A DNA stretch of 64,000 bases from assembly GCA_964291495.2 (NCBI GenBank), contig OZ219871.1, positions 32,001-96,000 on the forward strand, given 5' to 3'. Both the position numbers and the translations under genes were made by a program. Shown in pieces: positions 31,206-40,409 of this stretch; the stretch's first letter is position 1, and each line of letters opens with the position of its first letter. The notes under the pieces are model-generated. The model saw nothing but the letters and a program-made list of their open reading frames with translations, made no database searches and was not told the origin of the DNA. The stretch comes from Dehalococcoidia bacterium. Lineage in GTDB: Bacteria; Chloroflexota; Dehalococcoidia; UBA2979.

Positions 31206-31628
31206 TTAGCCGCCCACCAACTCGATGCGGCCTGCGAAGCGGAGAAAGTCCGCACTGTTGAGCGTCAGGAGCCTGCGCTCGCCATGGGCGAGCATGGTCG
31301 CGACGATGTTCGCGTCATGAATCTGCCGCCCTCCCACGACCACCTCGCGACAGAGCGCGACCAGCGAACCGGTCACGGCGGGACCGTCCTCCAGAATCTC
31401 GAAGCGGCTCATCAATCTCTGCAGGTCGTCGAGTGCTTCATCGCGCGTGATCGTGACCGCCCAGGCCTGGGGCCTGGTCACAACGGCCAGGTACTCGCGC
31501 AGCACCTGACGGCTGATCCGCAACGGCTCGGGATCGCGGAAGGCGCGTTCCAGCCTCACCCTCGCGATGTTGTGGTTCGGGGCTTCGAGGAAGCGGGACG
31601 CCACGAGGACGTTGGTGTCGATGAACAT
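31206..31628 (-). CDS. PIN domain (VapC-like) toxin
   Basis: FIDTNVL, EY, HDANIVA, TLNxxDF acidic PIN motifs. Confidence 0.9.
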   Translation of the reverse strand: MFIDTNVLVASRFLEAPNHNIARVRLERAFRDPEPLRISRQVLREYLAVVTRPQAWAVTITRDEALDDLQRLMSRFEILEDGPAVTGSLVALCREVVVGGRQIHDANIVATMLAHGERRLLTLNSADFLRFAGRIELVGG

Positions 31629-32008
31629 CAGGCGGGCGGCATCCGTTCGTCGTAGATATCCTCCCGCCTGAGGCTCAGATCGTCCGGCCAGCTCCCCACT
31701 CTACGGACCGGCCAGACCTCATCGAGGGTGGCGGCGCGAATGGCCTCGGGCTGCTTCCGCCTGAACAGCAGCGTCTCAGCATCCATATCGACCTCGGCGG
31801 TCTCCCATCCGGCGATGCTCCACGCGAGGGCTTGGCTATGGCCGTTGCTGCTGCTCTGGTTCGCCCACCACGGCCGGTGCAGGCGCGCGGACGCAGGCAA
31901 CTCGAAACCGATGATCGACTCGATCTCGCCGAAGGACGTTCTCCACTCCCTGGTACGGAGCCCGCAGAGATGTTCATACAGGCGCCGGTACTTACCCCGG
32001 CCCGCCAT
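31628..32008 (-). CDS. Putative antitoxin: DUF7662-like domain plus a short acidic tail
   Basis: GKYxxLxxHL...SFxEIExIIGxxLPxSA...WWAN...AW; tail DLSLRREDIYDER; stop overlaps the PIN start. Confidence 0.7.
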   Translation of the reverse strand: MAGRGKYRRLYEHLCGLRTREWRTSFGEIESIIGFELPASARLHRPWWANQSSSNGHSQALAWSIAGWETAEVDMDAETLLFRRKQPEAIRAATLDEVWPVRRVGSWPDDLSLRREDIYDERMPPA

Positions 32009-32090
32009 CTCCCGATACCTGGTGTCCCGGTCGATCACCAACTGCGTGCCCTCACTGCGCCAGCGTGCTGACCCGATCCCTCTAGTAGTT

Positions 32091-32109
32091 AGGTAGTTTA
32101 TACTTACCT
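32091..32109. promoter_or_regulatory. AT-rich imperfect palindrome upstream of the TA pair (possible operator)
   Basis: AGGTAGTTTATACTTACCT with AGGTA/TACCT arms. Confidence 0.35.
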
Positions 32110-32152
32110 GCTCCCCACCGCAAACGCCAGTGCGACAGAAGTAGCCCGCCCC

Positions 32153-33337
32153 CTACGCCTCTCGCGTGAAGAGCAGCCCGCCGCCGCGCAGCAGCGGCGA
32201 TCCGTCGAGGGCGACCGAGACCTCGGCGCCCTCGACCTGGCGCGGGCCGGCCCGGCCGGAGACCTGGCGGGCGGCCTCGGCGATGTGCCCCATGCCGTGA
32301 AGGCGGCCCTCCGAGAGCGACCCGCCGAAGGTGTTGACCGGCAACTCCCCGCCGAGGGCGACGCGGCCGTCCTGCACGAAGGTGTGCGCCTCGCCCTCGG
32401 GACAGAAGCCCGCCGCCTCCAGCCAGTAGTAGGTCGAGGGGCTGAAGCCGTCGTAGAGCTGCGCCGCGTCCACGTCGGCGGGCCCGAGGCCGGAGCGCGA
32501 CCAGAGCTTGCCCGCTGTCGAGGCGCCGCAGGCCATGTAGTCGTCGAGCATGTAGTTGACGTAGGTCGGCCGCGGTGCGGTGTGTTGGCCCCAGGCGGCG
32601 ACGTAGGCGGGCGGCCTCGGCAGATCGCGGGCGCGCTCGGCGGTGGTCAGCACGAGCGCCGCGCAGCCCTCGACCGGGATGTCGCAGTCGAACAGGCAGA
32701 TCGGCTCCGAGATCATGCGGGCGGCCATGTAGTCGTCGACCGACATCGGCGTGCCGTTGAAGAAGGCCGCCTCGTTGAGCTGGGCGTTGGCGCGGCTGTT
32801 CGTGACCAGCGAGGCCATCTCCTCGCGGGTCGCGCCGAAGCGGTGCATGTAGCGCTGGTAGGCGACGGCGTGGAGCTGGAAGGGGCTGGTGTAGCCGTAG
32901 GGCGCGGTGAACTGGCTGTCGCCCCCGGCGAACGGCTCGCGCCACGCGCCGTACGTGCCCGCAGGGCGGTGCATCGCGCGCCAGACGAGGGCGTACGTGC
33001 AGGCGCCGGCCTGCAGCGCGTTCAGCGCCTCGATGATCGCGCTCGGGATCAGCCCGGCCGAGACCTGCGCATACCACTCGACCTCCGGGCCGATGTCGAG
33101 ATGGTCGATCAGGAACTGGGCGGGCACCAGGTCTTCGCCGGCGCGGTTGCCCGCCCCGCGGAACGGCTGGTCCGGGTGCGTCGCCAGCCCGTCGATCTGC
33201 GAGGGCTCGATGCCGGCGTCGGCGATCGCGGCGCGGCAGGCCTCGATCGCGAGCTGCCCCAGCGGGCGCTCGTGCGTGCGCGTCAGCTGCGAGAAGCCGA
33301 TGCCCGCGACGGCGGTCTTGCCCCTGCCTGCCCACAT
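32153..33337 (-). CDS. Non-canonical thiolase-fold protein (SCP2/Ltp2-like) 1
   Basis: LFDCDIPVEG, QLYDGF, NTFGGSLSEGRLHG; no Cys at the usual nucleophile position. Confidence 0.88.
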   Translation of the reverse strand: MWAGRGKTAVAGIGFSQLTRTHERPLGQLAIEACRAAIADAGIEPSQIDGLATHPDQPFRGAGNRAGEDLVPAQFLIDHLDIGPEVEWYAQVSAGLIPSAIIEALNALQAGACTYALVWRAMHRPAGTYGAWREPFAGGDSQFTAPYGYTSPFQLHAVAYQRYMHRFGATREEMASLVTNSRANAQLNEAAFFNGTPMSVDDYMAARMISEPICLFDCDIPVEGCAALVLTTAERARDLPRPPAYVAAWGQHTAPRPTYVNYMLDDYMACGASTAGKLWSRSGLGPADVDAAQLYDGFSPSTYYWLEAAGFCPEGEAHTFVQDGRVALGGELPVNTFGGSLSEGRLHGMGHIAEAARQVSGRAGPRQVEGAEVSVALDGSPLLRGGGLLFTREA

Positions 33338-33347
33338 CGCCGGCGCC

Positions 33348-33806
33348 CTACTCCCCGTTCGCCAGGCGGAACTGCGGCAGCGCGATCGCCTCGCCCTCGG
33401 CCGACTCGATCGGCTCGAACGCGACCTCGACGGGCGCGCCGATGGCGACCCAGTCGGACTCGCCGGCGGGGAGGTCGCTCAGCAGGTAGAGCTGCGGCTG
33501 CTCCTCGAGCTCGACGATCAGGTTGACGTAGGGGACGGCCTGCTCGAACCCGGCGACGTTGCGCTGGTGGTTCGTGGTGAAGCTGTGCACGACGCCGCGC
33601 CCGCTGACGGCGGGGTAGGCGAAGTCCGCCGAGGTGCAGCGCTCGCAGAGCGGGCGCGGCGGGTGCTGGTAATGGCCGCACTCCTCGCAGCGCTGGATCG
33701 CCAGCTCGCCCCGGCCCGCCGCCTCCCAGTACGCCCGCGAGAGCGCGTCGAGGACCGGCCGCGGCCGGCTCGGGGAGCGGTCGTCCGGCTGGTCCGAGGA
33801 CGTCAC
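33348..33806 (-). CDS. DUF35 Zn-ribbon/OB-fold protein 1
   Basis: YWEAA, QRCEECG, PPRPLCERC, GRGVVHSF, VELEE. Confidence 0.9.
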   Translation of the reverse strand: MTSSDQPDDRSPSRPRPVLDALSRAYWEAAGRGELAIQRCEECGHYQHPPRPLCERCTSADFAYPAVSGRGVVHSFTTNHQRNVAGFEQAVPYVNLIVELEEQPQLYLLSDLPAGESDWVAIGAPVEVAFEPIESAEGEAIALPQFRLANGE

Positions 33807-33807
33807 G

Positions 33808-34833
33808 TCAGTCCCGCAGGATCTCGAGCGCCTTCGCGACCTGGCCGTCGTCGGCGGGGTCGTCGGGCAGCGGGAAGCGCAGCGAGATCGGGAGGTCGCC
33901 GTAGCGCTCCTTGAGCAGGTGCGCCGAGTCGAGGTAGTCGCCCGTGATCGCGATCTCGTCCACGAGGTCGTCGCTCAACAGGTCCGCCAGCTCGTCCCAG
34001 CGGCCCTCGCGGGTGAGCGCGCGCAGCTGCTCGCCAGTCTGCTCGATGCCGCGCAGGCGCAGCGGGCCCCAGTAGTTCGGGGTCGAGTACATGACCGCCA
34101 TCTGGCGGCGGTTGGCGTCGCGCGCCTCCGCGATCTCCTCGGACGTCGAGCCGGTGTTCATGTAGGGCGAAACCATGATGTCGACATCGTCCAGCGAGCG
34201 GCCGCCGCGCTCCGCGCCCGCCTCGACGGCCGGCATCGCCAGCTCGCGGATCGAGCGCGGGTCGCTGTTGCAGCTGTGGGTGAAGAAGCCGTCGGCGACC
34301 TCGCCGGTGAGTCGCGTCATCGCGGGACCGACGGCGCCGAGGTAGATCGGAATCTCGGGGTGCTCGATCAGGGCGGGGGTGAAGAAGGGCTGCATGCGCG
34401 TGAAGCGGTAGTGCTCGCCCTCGAAGCGCAGGCGCGTGCCGTCCTGCGCCCCCCAGGCGTCGAAGATCATGCGCAGCGCCTGCACGTACTCGCGCATGCG
34501 CGGCACGGGCGGGGTCCACGGGACCGAGAAGCGCTGCTCGATGTTCGCCTTCACCTGCGTGCCGAGGCCGATCACGAAGCGCCCGCCGGAGAAGTCCTGC
34601 AGGTCCCAGCAGGCGTAGGCAAGCGACATCGGGCTGCGCGAGAAGGCGACGAAGACGCTGACCGCGACGCGCAGCTCGCTCGTCGCCGCGAGGGCGGCCC
34701 AGGCGTTGACCGAGCCGTCGTGGACGCCCTCGGAAACGGTCAGCCCGTCGTAGCCGAGCGCCTCGACGCGGCGGGCGTAGTCGCCCACCTCCTTCGGTGG
34801 CATGTCGCGCGGCTTCGAGGCCCAGACTTGCAT
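33808..34833 (-). CDS. LLM-class F420-dependent oxidoreductase (MSMEG_2256-like)
   Basis: AFSRSPM, GRFVIGLGTQVKANIEQRFSVPW, RMREYV. Confidence 0.88.
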   Translation of the reverse strand: MQVWASKPRDMPPKEVGDYARRVEALGYDGLTVSEGVHDGSVNAWAALAATSELRVAVSVFVAFSRSPMSLAYACWDLQDFSGGRFVIGLGTQVKANIEQRFSVPWTPPVPRMREYVQALRMIFDAWGAQDGTRLRFEGEHYRFTRMQPFFTPALIEHPEIPIYLGAVGPAMTRLTGEVADGFFTHSCNSDPRSIRELAMPAVEAGAERGGRSLDDVDIMVSPYMNTGSTSEEIAEARDANRRQMAVMYSTPNYWGPLRLRGIEQTGEQLRALTREGRWDELADLLSDDLVDEIAITGDYLDSAHLLKERYGDLPISLRFPLPDDPADDGQVAKALEILRD

Positions 34834-34852
34834 GGCTACCCCCGATGGCTTG

Positions 34853-35086
34853 CTAGCGGCCTTCGGTGGCCGGCTTCCCGACCTCGTTGTGCGCGCCGCA
34901 CAGCGGGCAACACAGCACGAGGTTGTAGATCTCCCAGCTCCAGGCGTCCTCGACGAGCACCGCGCCGCAGGCGCCGCAGCAGAAACTGTTGCCGCCTCCG
35001 CGACGCAGCAGCGGCGTCTGCTCGCCGTCCATGACGATGCGTACGTGCGTCTCGGGCAGCTCGATCACCTGTAGCGCTTCCGCCAT
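34853..35086 (-). CDS. Small Cys-rich (zinc-ribbon-like) protein
   Basis: CCGACG and CCPLCGAHN; GGGAGG SD and TAGACT -10 upstream. Confidence 0.65.
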   Translation of the reverse strand: MAEALQVIELPETHVRIVMDGEQTPLLRRGGGNSFCCGACGAVLVEDAWSWEIYNLVLCCPLCGAHNEVGKPATEGR

Positions 35087-35128
35087 CCTGATTGCCTCCC
35101 AGCGCCCGCCGCGCGGCCAGAGTCTACG

Positions 35129-35599
35129 TCACGCGCGCTCTTCGGGCTCCCCGTCCTCACCCGCGAGCAGCTCGTCCACGGCGGCGCGGACGCGGTCCGC
35201 GGTCTCGCGCAGCTGCGAGGGGTTCTCGTACGCGTGGCGAGGCCAGAAGAAGCCGCGCAGGCCGTCGCCGCGCGAGCGCGGGACGACGTGCACGTGCAGG
35301 TGCGGCACGCTCTGGCTGACGCCGTTGTTGATCGCCACGAACGTGCCCTCGGCGGCCAGCGCCCGCGGCACCGCGCGCGCGATCAGCTGTGCGCGTTGCA
35401 ACAGCGGCCCGGCGTCCCCTTGAGGCAGGTCCGGCAGCGTGTCCACGTGCTCGCGCGGGATCAGCAGCACGTGCCCATGGAACACCGGGCGGTGATCAAG
35501 GAAGGCGAGGAACCGCTCGTCCTCGAGGACGACCGCCGCCTCCGCCTCGCCCGCGGCGATGGCGCAGAAGCTGCAGCGCACCGCAGGCCGAGCCGTCAC
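35129..35599 (-). CDS. HIT family protein
   Basis: CSFC, AFLD, GHVLLIPREH, QSVPHLHVHVVPR. Confidence 0.92.
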   Translation of the reverse strand: MTARPAVRCSFCAIAAGEAEAAVVLEDERFLAFLDHRPVFHGHVLLIPREHVDTLPDLPQGDAGPLLQRAQLIARAVPRALAAEGTFVAINNGVSQSVPHLHVHVVPRSRGDGLRGFFWPRHAYENPSQLRETADRVRAAVDELLAGEDGEPEERA

Positions 35600-36738
35600 G
35601 CCGGCTCCTCGCCTGCCTCGAGGGCGCCTGCGGCGAGCGCCGCGATGCCAGTGGTAATCGGCACGGCGGCGACGATACCGATGCTGCCGACGAGCGTGCG
35701 AACGATCTCGGTCGCGATCTGCTCGCGGCTGATCAGCAGGCCGAGCGGCTCCGGCTGCACGGAGAGGATCACGATCAGCGGCAGCGCCGCGCCCGCGTAG
35801 GCCAGCACCAGCGTGTTCGCCGTCGAGGCGATGTGGTCGCGGCCAACGTTGAGCCCTCGCGCGAACAGCTCGCCCGCGCCGAGCAGCGGGTTCGCGCGCC
35901 GCAACTCGAAGACCGCCGAGGATTGCGTGGCCGTGACGTCGTCGAGCACGCCGAGCGCGCCGATGATGATGCCGCCGAGCAGCACCCCGCGAGCGTCGAT
36001 TGCGCCGCCCGAGAGCAGCTCGAGCGTCGCCTCCTGGTCGCCCGCGAGGCCGGTCAGCGCCGCGACGTCGACCGCGAACGTCGCGAGCAGCACGGCGAGC
36101 ACCAGGCTGAGCACCGTGCCGACGAGGGCGGCCCCCGTCTTCCTGCTCGCGCCGTGGGCGAGCACGAGCGTGGTGGTCATGATCACGCTCGCGCCGATCA
36201 GCGTCGCGGCCAGCGGGTTCATCCCGGAGAGGATCGCCGGCACGATGAAGCGCACGATCACGAGGAAGCTGGCGACGAGCCCAACCAGCGACCAGACACC
36301 TCGCCAGCGTCCGATCAGCACGACCGCCGCCGCGAAGACGGCGCCCATCACCCAGAGCGGGAACGTGCGCAGCCGGTCGGCGATGAAGTAGACGGTCTCG
36401 TCGCCCGCCTCGTAGGCCGTGACCAGCACGTCGTCGCCGGGCTCGACCTTGATCGCGAAGGCGTCGTCTCCCGCGAGCTGCCGCTCGACGGTGACAGTCT
36501 CGCCATCGTCGAGCCGCACCTCGACCCGCTCCGAGACGACGGTCACGCCGCCCGCCGTCTGCTCCCGCCCCGTCTCCTCGATCGCGACGACCGCGCCCTC
36601 GCTGGTCTCGCCGTCGAACGGGTTGATCGAGGGCGTCTCGAAGACGCCGGCGGCGGGCAGCACCACGACGAAGACGAGCAGCAGCAGCGCGATCGCCAGG
36701 TAGACGATCGCCTGCGGACTCGAGAGCGAGCGGTTCAT
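35596..36738 (-). CDS. YibE/F family membrane protein
   Basis: GALGVLDDVT, GRDHIASTANTLVLAYAG, EIVRTLVGSIG. Confidence 0.92.
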   Translation of the reverse strand: MNRSLSSPQAIVYLAIALLLLVFVVVLPAAGVFETPSINPFDGETSEGAVVAIEETGREQTAGGVTVVSERVEVRLDDGETVTVERQLAGDDAFAIKVEPGDDVLVTAYEAGDETVYFIADRLRTFPLWVMGAVFAAAVVLIGRWRGVWSLVGLVASFLVIVRFIVPAILSGMNPLAATLIGASVIMTTTLVLAHGASRKTGAALVGTVLSLVLAVLLATFAVDVAALTGLAGDQEATLELLSGGAIDARGVLLGGIIIGALGVLDDVTATQSSAVFELRRANPLLGAGELFARGLNVGRDHIASTANTLVLAYAGAALPLIVILSVQPEPLGLLISREQIATEIVRTLVGSIGIVAAVPITTGIAALAAGALEAGEEPA

Positions 36739-36820
36739 GCTGCGAGTCTGGCGCGGGTTCCGCCGCCGCGCCACCCTCCCGCGCCAGGCGCTACTCTGGA
36801 GGCGTAAGGGAGTCCCAGGA

Positions 36821-37300
36821 ATGAGCGGCGTCGCCGAGGCCCTGCGCAACCGGACCGCGAGCCGGCTGGCGGCGCTCTCGAAGCGCCGAGCCGTCGCGCT
36901 GGTCGTGCTCGGCGCGGTGCTCGTCTGGGCCGTGGTGCAGGGCGCGCACTCGCACGACGGCCTCGCGCCGGTCGCGCGCGACCTCGGCGGCGAGACGCCA
37001 GCGCGCACGATCGAAATCGACGCTTCGACAGGGCAGTTGGACCTCCGTGGGCTCGCGGTGCGGCCGGGCGAGGTGATCGACTTCGTCCTCGTCGGCAGCG
37101 CCGGCTCGCCGCATCGCTTCGTCCTGAGCGGGCTCGGCGGCGCGGAGATCGACGAGCGCCTCGCGGCCAACGGCGACACGGTGATCCGCATCCGCGCGCC
37201 GCAGCAGGGCGCGCTCAGCTTCTTCTGCGTCGTGCCCGGCCACGAGGGGCTGCACGGCAGCCTCGTGGTCGATGTCGGAGGCGAGCGCGACGGCGGTTGA
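36821..37300 (+). CDS. Membrane-anchored cupredoxin-like protein
   Basis: N-terminal TM helix; PHRF and FFCVVPGHEGL (Cys/His ligands; Leu at the axial Met position). Confidence 0.6.
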   Translation: MSGVAEALRNRTASRLAALSKRRAVALVVLGAVLVWAVVQGAHSHDGLAPVARDLGGETPARTIEIDASTGQLDLRGLAVRPGEVIDFVLVGSAGSPHRFVLSGLGGAEIDERLAANGDTVIRIRAPQQGALSFFCVVPGHEGLHGSLVVDVGGERDGG

Positions 37301-37358
37301 CGGGCGCGGGCGCGCTCGCCATCCTCGCAGCGTCCGGCGTTCCTGGAGGCACCCTGTC

Positions 37359-37715
37359 ATGGCAGACAACGGAAACACGGCGCTGACGCTGCACTGGCCC
37401 GAGCTCATGAACGAGGAAGGCTTCGGCCTGCTCTGGTTCGCCTCCTGGATCGTCGACGAAGACGAGGGCGTCGAAGGCGAGTGGTTCTACAGCGGTCGCG
37501 GCGGCGAGACGCAGATCGCGCCGATCCCCTCCGAGGCGATCGGCGTGCGGATCCGCCGCTGGCCGTCCGAGGGCCTCGAGGCGGAGTACGCGGACGTGCT
37601 GCTCGCGGACGATCCCGGCGAGGTCTGGGCGGAGCAACTCGATTTCGACCGCAAGCAGCCCTTCGCGCGCATTCCGGCCGACCCGAAGAGCGCCGTCCGC
37701 GGCATCGACGACTAG
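37359..37715 (+). CDS. Hypothetical acidic protein
   Basis: GGAGG SD, GC3-biased codons, no motif recognised. Confidence 0.6.
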   Translation: MADNGNTALTLHWPELMNEEGFGLLWFASWIVDEDEGVEGEWFYSGRGGETQIAPIPSEAIGVRIRRWPSEGLEAEYADVLLADDPGEVWAEQLDFDRKQPFARIPADPKSAVRGIDD

Positions 37716-37863
37716 CGCCGCCCGCGCCGCCAAGCCCCGCGTCTACGGCTCGCGGGCCCACCGCGCGTGCCCTACCGGCTTCGCGGGCCCTCACATCCCA
37801 TCCCGGACGAGCACGCCCTGCGCGCGGTTCGGGCCCACCCACCCGCCCTCGGATTTTCTTTCT

Positions 37864-38171
37864 GTGGGGGGCTTCGCCCCCCACTCCCCCCTCGGTCCGC
37901 CGCCAGTGTCACGCAACTCCGGGGGCTCCGGCTCCCTCTCCCCTCGCGGGAGAGGGCGGGGGTGAGGGGGCGCCGCGCGCCAGCGCGGCCAGCGTGGGCG
38001 CACGAGGGTTGCGGGGCGCGCCGACCGTCTCGAGGTCGCGCGCTCCGGCTACGCCGGAGTCCCCCTCACCCTAACCCTCTCCCGCCGGGGGAGAGGGGAT
38101 CGGAAGGAGCCTCCTGACATTCGAGGACGCTCCGGTCCCCTCTCCCCGAGGGAGAGGGCGGAGGGTGAGGG
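37864..38171. repeat. REP/BIME-like palindrome cluster 2
   Basis: Type A at ~37864; type B at ~37928, ~38061 (inverted) and ~38132; lies between convergent genes. Confidence 0.8.
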
Positions 38172-38271
38172 AGGCGCTCGCCCGGCCGAAGGGGCCGAGG
38201 GGCAACGAGCGTTCGAGGGCAGGTGCGCACCCGGTGTGCGGGAGCGCTCCCCGCGTGACGGAGTCCGAGGC

Positions 38272-38928
38272 CTACCGCTCGTGGGCGGGCGCGGGGTCTG
38301 GCTTCACCATACCGATCGGGCCGATGGTGCCGCGGCTGATGCGCTGGACCACCGGCGCGACCACGCCAACCGTGTCCCAGAGCTGGGCGTGCCGCCAGGC
38401 CGGCTCGCGCTTGCGGCCGTCGCCCTGCAGATAGACCTTCACCGCCTCCTCGAACTCGGGGCCCTCGAGGGGGAAGTCGAAGCCGTGCTCCTCCTCGATC
38501 GCGCGGTTGATGTCCATCTCCACCTGGTCCGGACGCCCCGAGAGATGCCCGAGTTCCGTCCCGCTTCCGTCGAGGAAGACGATCGTCGGCGTGCCCGTCT
38601 CACCGTAGCTGTTGGTGCGCGAATCCACGACGCCCTCGTTGCCGTCGGCGGGCAGGATCGAGAGGTCGACGCCGAATTCATCGGCGACCTTCGCCATGAC
38701 GGCGACGCCGCGCCAGTCGTCGGGGGTTGTGGGGTCGGTGACGACCAGCGCGCGGAGCGAGCCGCCGACGAACTCGATCGCGCGTTCCATGCGCCCGCGG
38801 TCGTCCTCGACGGGTTCGTACGCGTTGTAGTGGCGCTCGAACTCTTCGCGGTGGGCCGGGAGGGCGCCGAGCCACTCCTGGAAGTTACGGGCGCCGGCGT
38901 CGAAGAGCTCCGCCAGGTTCTCGCTCAT
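38272..38928 (-). CDS. Thioredoxin-fold-like protein lacking Cys
   Basis: LVVTDPTTPDD in place of the WCxDC site; TPTIVFLD...ELG...RP; GGAGGA SD. Confidence 0.6.
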   Translation of the reverse strand: MSENLAELFDAGARNFQEWLGALPAHREEFERHYNAYEPVEDDRGRMERAIEFVGGSLRALVVTDPTTPDDWRGVAVMAKVADEFGVDLSILPADGNEGVVDSRTNSYGETGTPTIVFLDGSGTELGHLSGRPDQVEMDINRAIEEEHGFDFPLEGPEFEEAVKVYLQGDGRKREPAWRHAQLWDTVGVVAPVVQRISRGTIGPIGMVKPDPAPAHER

Positions 38929-39067
38929 CTTGTCCTCCACGATCGCTCACCGGGATCGGCGCGCAGCGTAGCAGGCATCGCGCGCCCTCGCTGCGTCGCC
39001 GCCCGCACCCGGACACGAGCGAGCCGCCCTCGCGGGCGGCTCGCGTCGGCTGCGTCCGCAGACGGCC

Positions 39068-40303
39068 CTAGCGGTCGTTGCCGTCGATGTCGTAGTCGTA
39101 CTGCTCCGGCACCTCGAAGCCGAAGAGGCGCGCGGCGTTGAGGCCGAGCACGTCGCGGCGCTCTTCCTCGGTGAGGTTGCCCATGGTGCGGGCGATCGCC
39201 TCGTCCGAGTGCGGCCAGGAACCCTCGTGGTGCGGGTAGTCGCTGCCCCACAGCCCGTTCTTCGTGATCTGGTAGTCACGCGCAAGCATGATCCCGGCCG
39301 GGTCCTCCTGGAACGTCGCGAAGCACTGCTGCCGGAAGTACTCGCTGGGCAGCATCTTCAGCTTCGGGAAGACCCAGAAGTGGTGCTTCTCGTACGCCTC
39401 GTCCATGCCCGAGAGCATCCACGGCACGAAGCCGATGCCGGACTCGACGGTCCCGAAGCGCAGCTTCGGGTGCCGCTCGAGGATGCCCGAGGCGCAGAAG
39501 TGCGTGAACGGTTCGATCGCCGGGGTGAGCGCGTGCGTGACGTAGTTGATCACCGCGCCGCCCTCGCCGCTTGCCGTGCGCGGGTCCTTGCCCGTGGCGA
39601 CGTGGCAGGTGAGCGGGACGTCCGCGTCCTCGATGGCGTGCCAGAGCGGCTCGAACATCGGCGAGTTGTAGCCGATCTGCGAGCTCTTCGCGCCCGCGCT
39701 CTCGTGGAACGGGCGGACCGGGATGTTGAGGGCGCGGAAGCCCATCTTGACCGTGCGATCGATCTCCTTGATCGCCTCGTCCACGTCGGCGGGAGCGATC
39801 AGCGCGGCGGGCATCGTCCTGTCGAAGTGATCGCCGACGACCTCGTAGTACCAGTCGTTCTGCGCGCGGCAGAGCGCGGTGGCGAGCCGCGGGTCTGGCG
39901 TCGCCCAGGCCATGAGGCCGCCGCCATTGGGGAAGACGATCTCGGCGTCGACGCCGTCGCGGTAGTGGTCGGCCCAGCGCTTCTCCCAGTCGAAGTAGCC
40001 GCCCATCGAGCGCTCGCGGTCCTCGCCGGAGAGCTTGAAGTCGCGGATCTTCATCGGGCGCAGGCCCTCGGTGATCGACCACTTCACGCCGTTCTCGTCG
40101 ACCTCCTGGCGAGGCAGGCGGTGGCGGAAGCGCTTGTCGACGCGCTTCTCGAAGAGGTCGGGCGGGCCGTTGATGTGGTTGTCCGCCGACACCATGAAGT
40201 AGCGGTCGCGGATCTCCGCGGTGGGAATCCCCGACTCACCCATCACCGTCGTCCCGGTGGAACGGTTTGTCGGAGTAGGTGGAGGTGCAATCGCCATCGT
40301 CAT
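39068..40303 (-). CDS. Amidohydrolase family 2 protein
   Basis: SADNH, DGVDAEIVFP, NDW, VESGIG, PSEYF, WGSDYPH. Confidence 0.9.
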   Translation of the reverse strand: MTMAIAPPPTPTNRSTGTTVMGESGIPTAEIRDRYFMVSADNHINGPPDLFEKRVDKRFRHRLPRQEVDENGVKWSITEGLRPMKIRDFKLSGEDRERSMGGYFDWEKRWADHYRDGVDAEIVFPNGGGLMAWATPDPRLATALCRAQNDWYYEVVGDHFDRTMPAALIAPADVDEAIKEIDRTVKMGFRALNIPVRPFHESAGAKSSQIGYNSPMFEPLWHAIEDADVPLTCHVATGKDPRTASGEGGAVINYVTHALTPAIEPFTHFCASGILERHPKLRFGTVESGIGFVPWMLSGMDEAYEKHHFWVFPKLKMLPSEYFRQQCFATFQEDPAGIMLARDYQITKNGLWGSDYPHHEGSWPHSDEAIARTMGNLTEEERRDVLGLNAARLFGFEVPEQYDYDIDGNDR

Positions 40304-40409
40304 CGCCTTCCGTGCGGGCCGCGGATCCGATCCCTCGGCTTGCGCGCATTATTGCACACCGGAGCGCTGCGAGACGCCTCCTCGCGCCTCGCTTGCGCCC
40401 GCGGCCCTG

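Noticed and set aside
27392-38171. CRISPR array or integron attC sites at the palindrome clusters
   Set aside because: Irregular spacing, mixed orientation and repeat types, no cas or integrase gene, no attC core sites.
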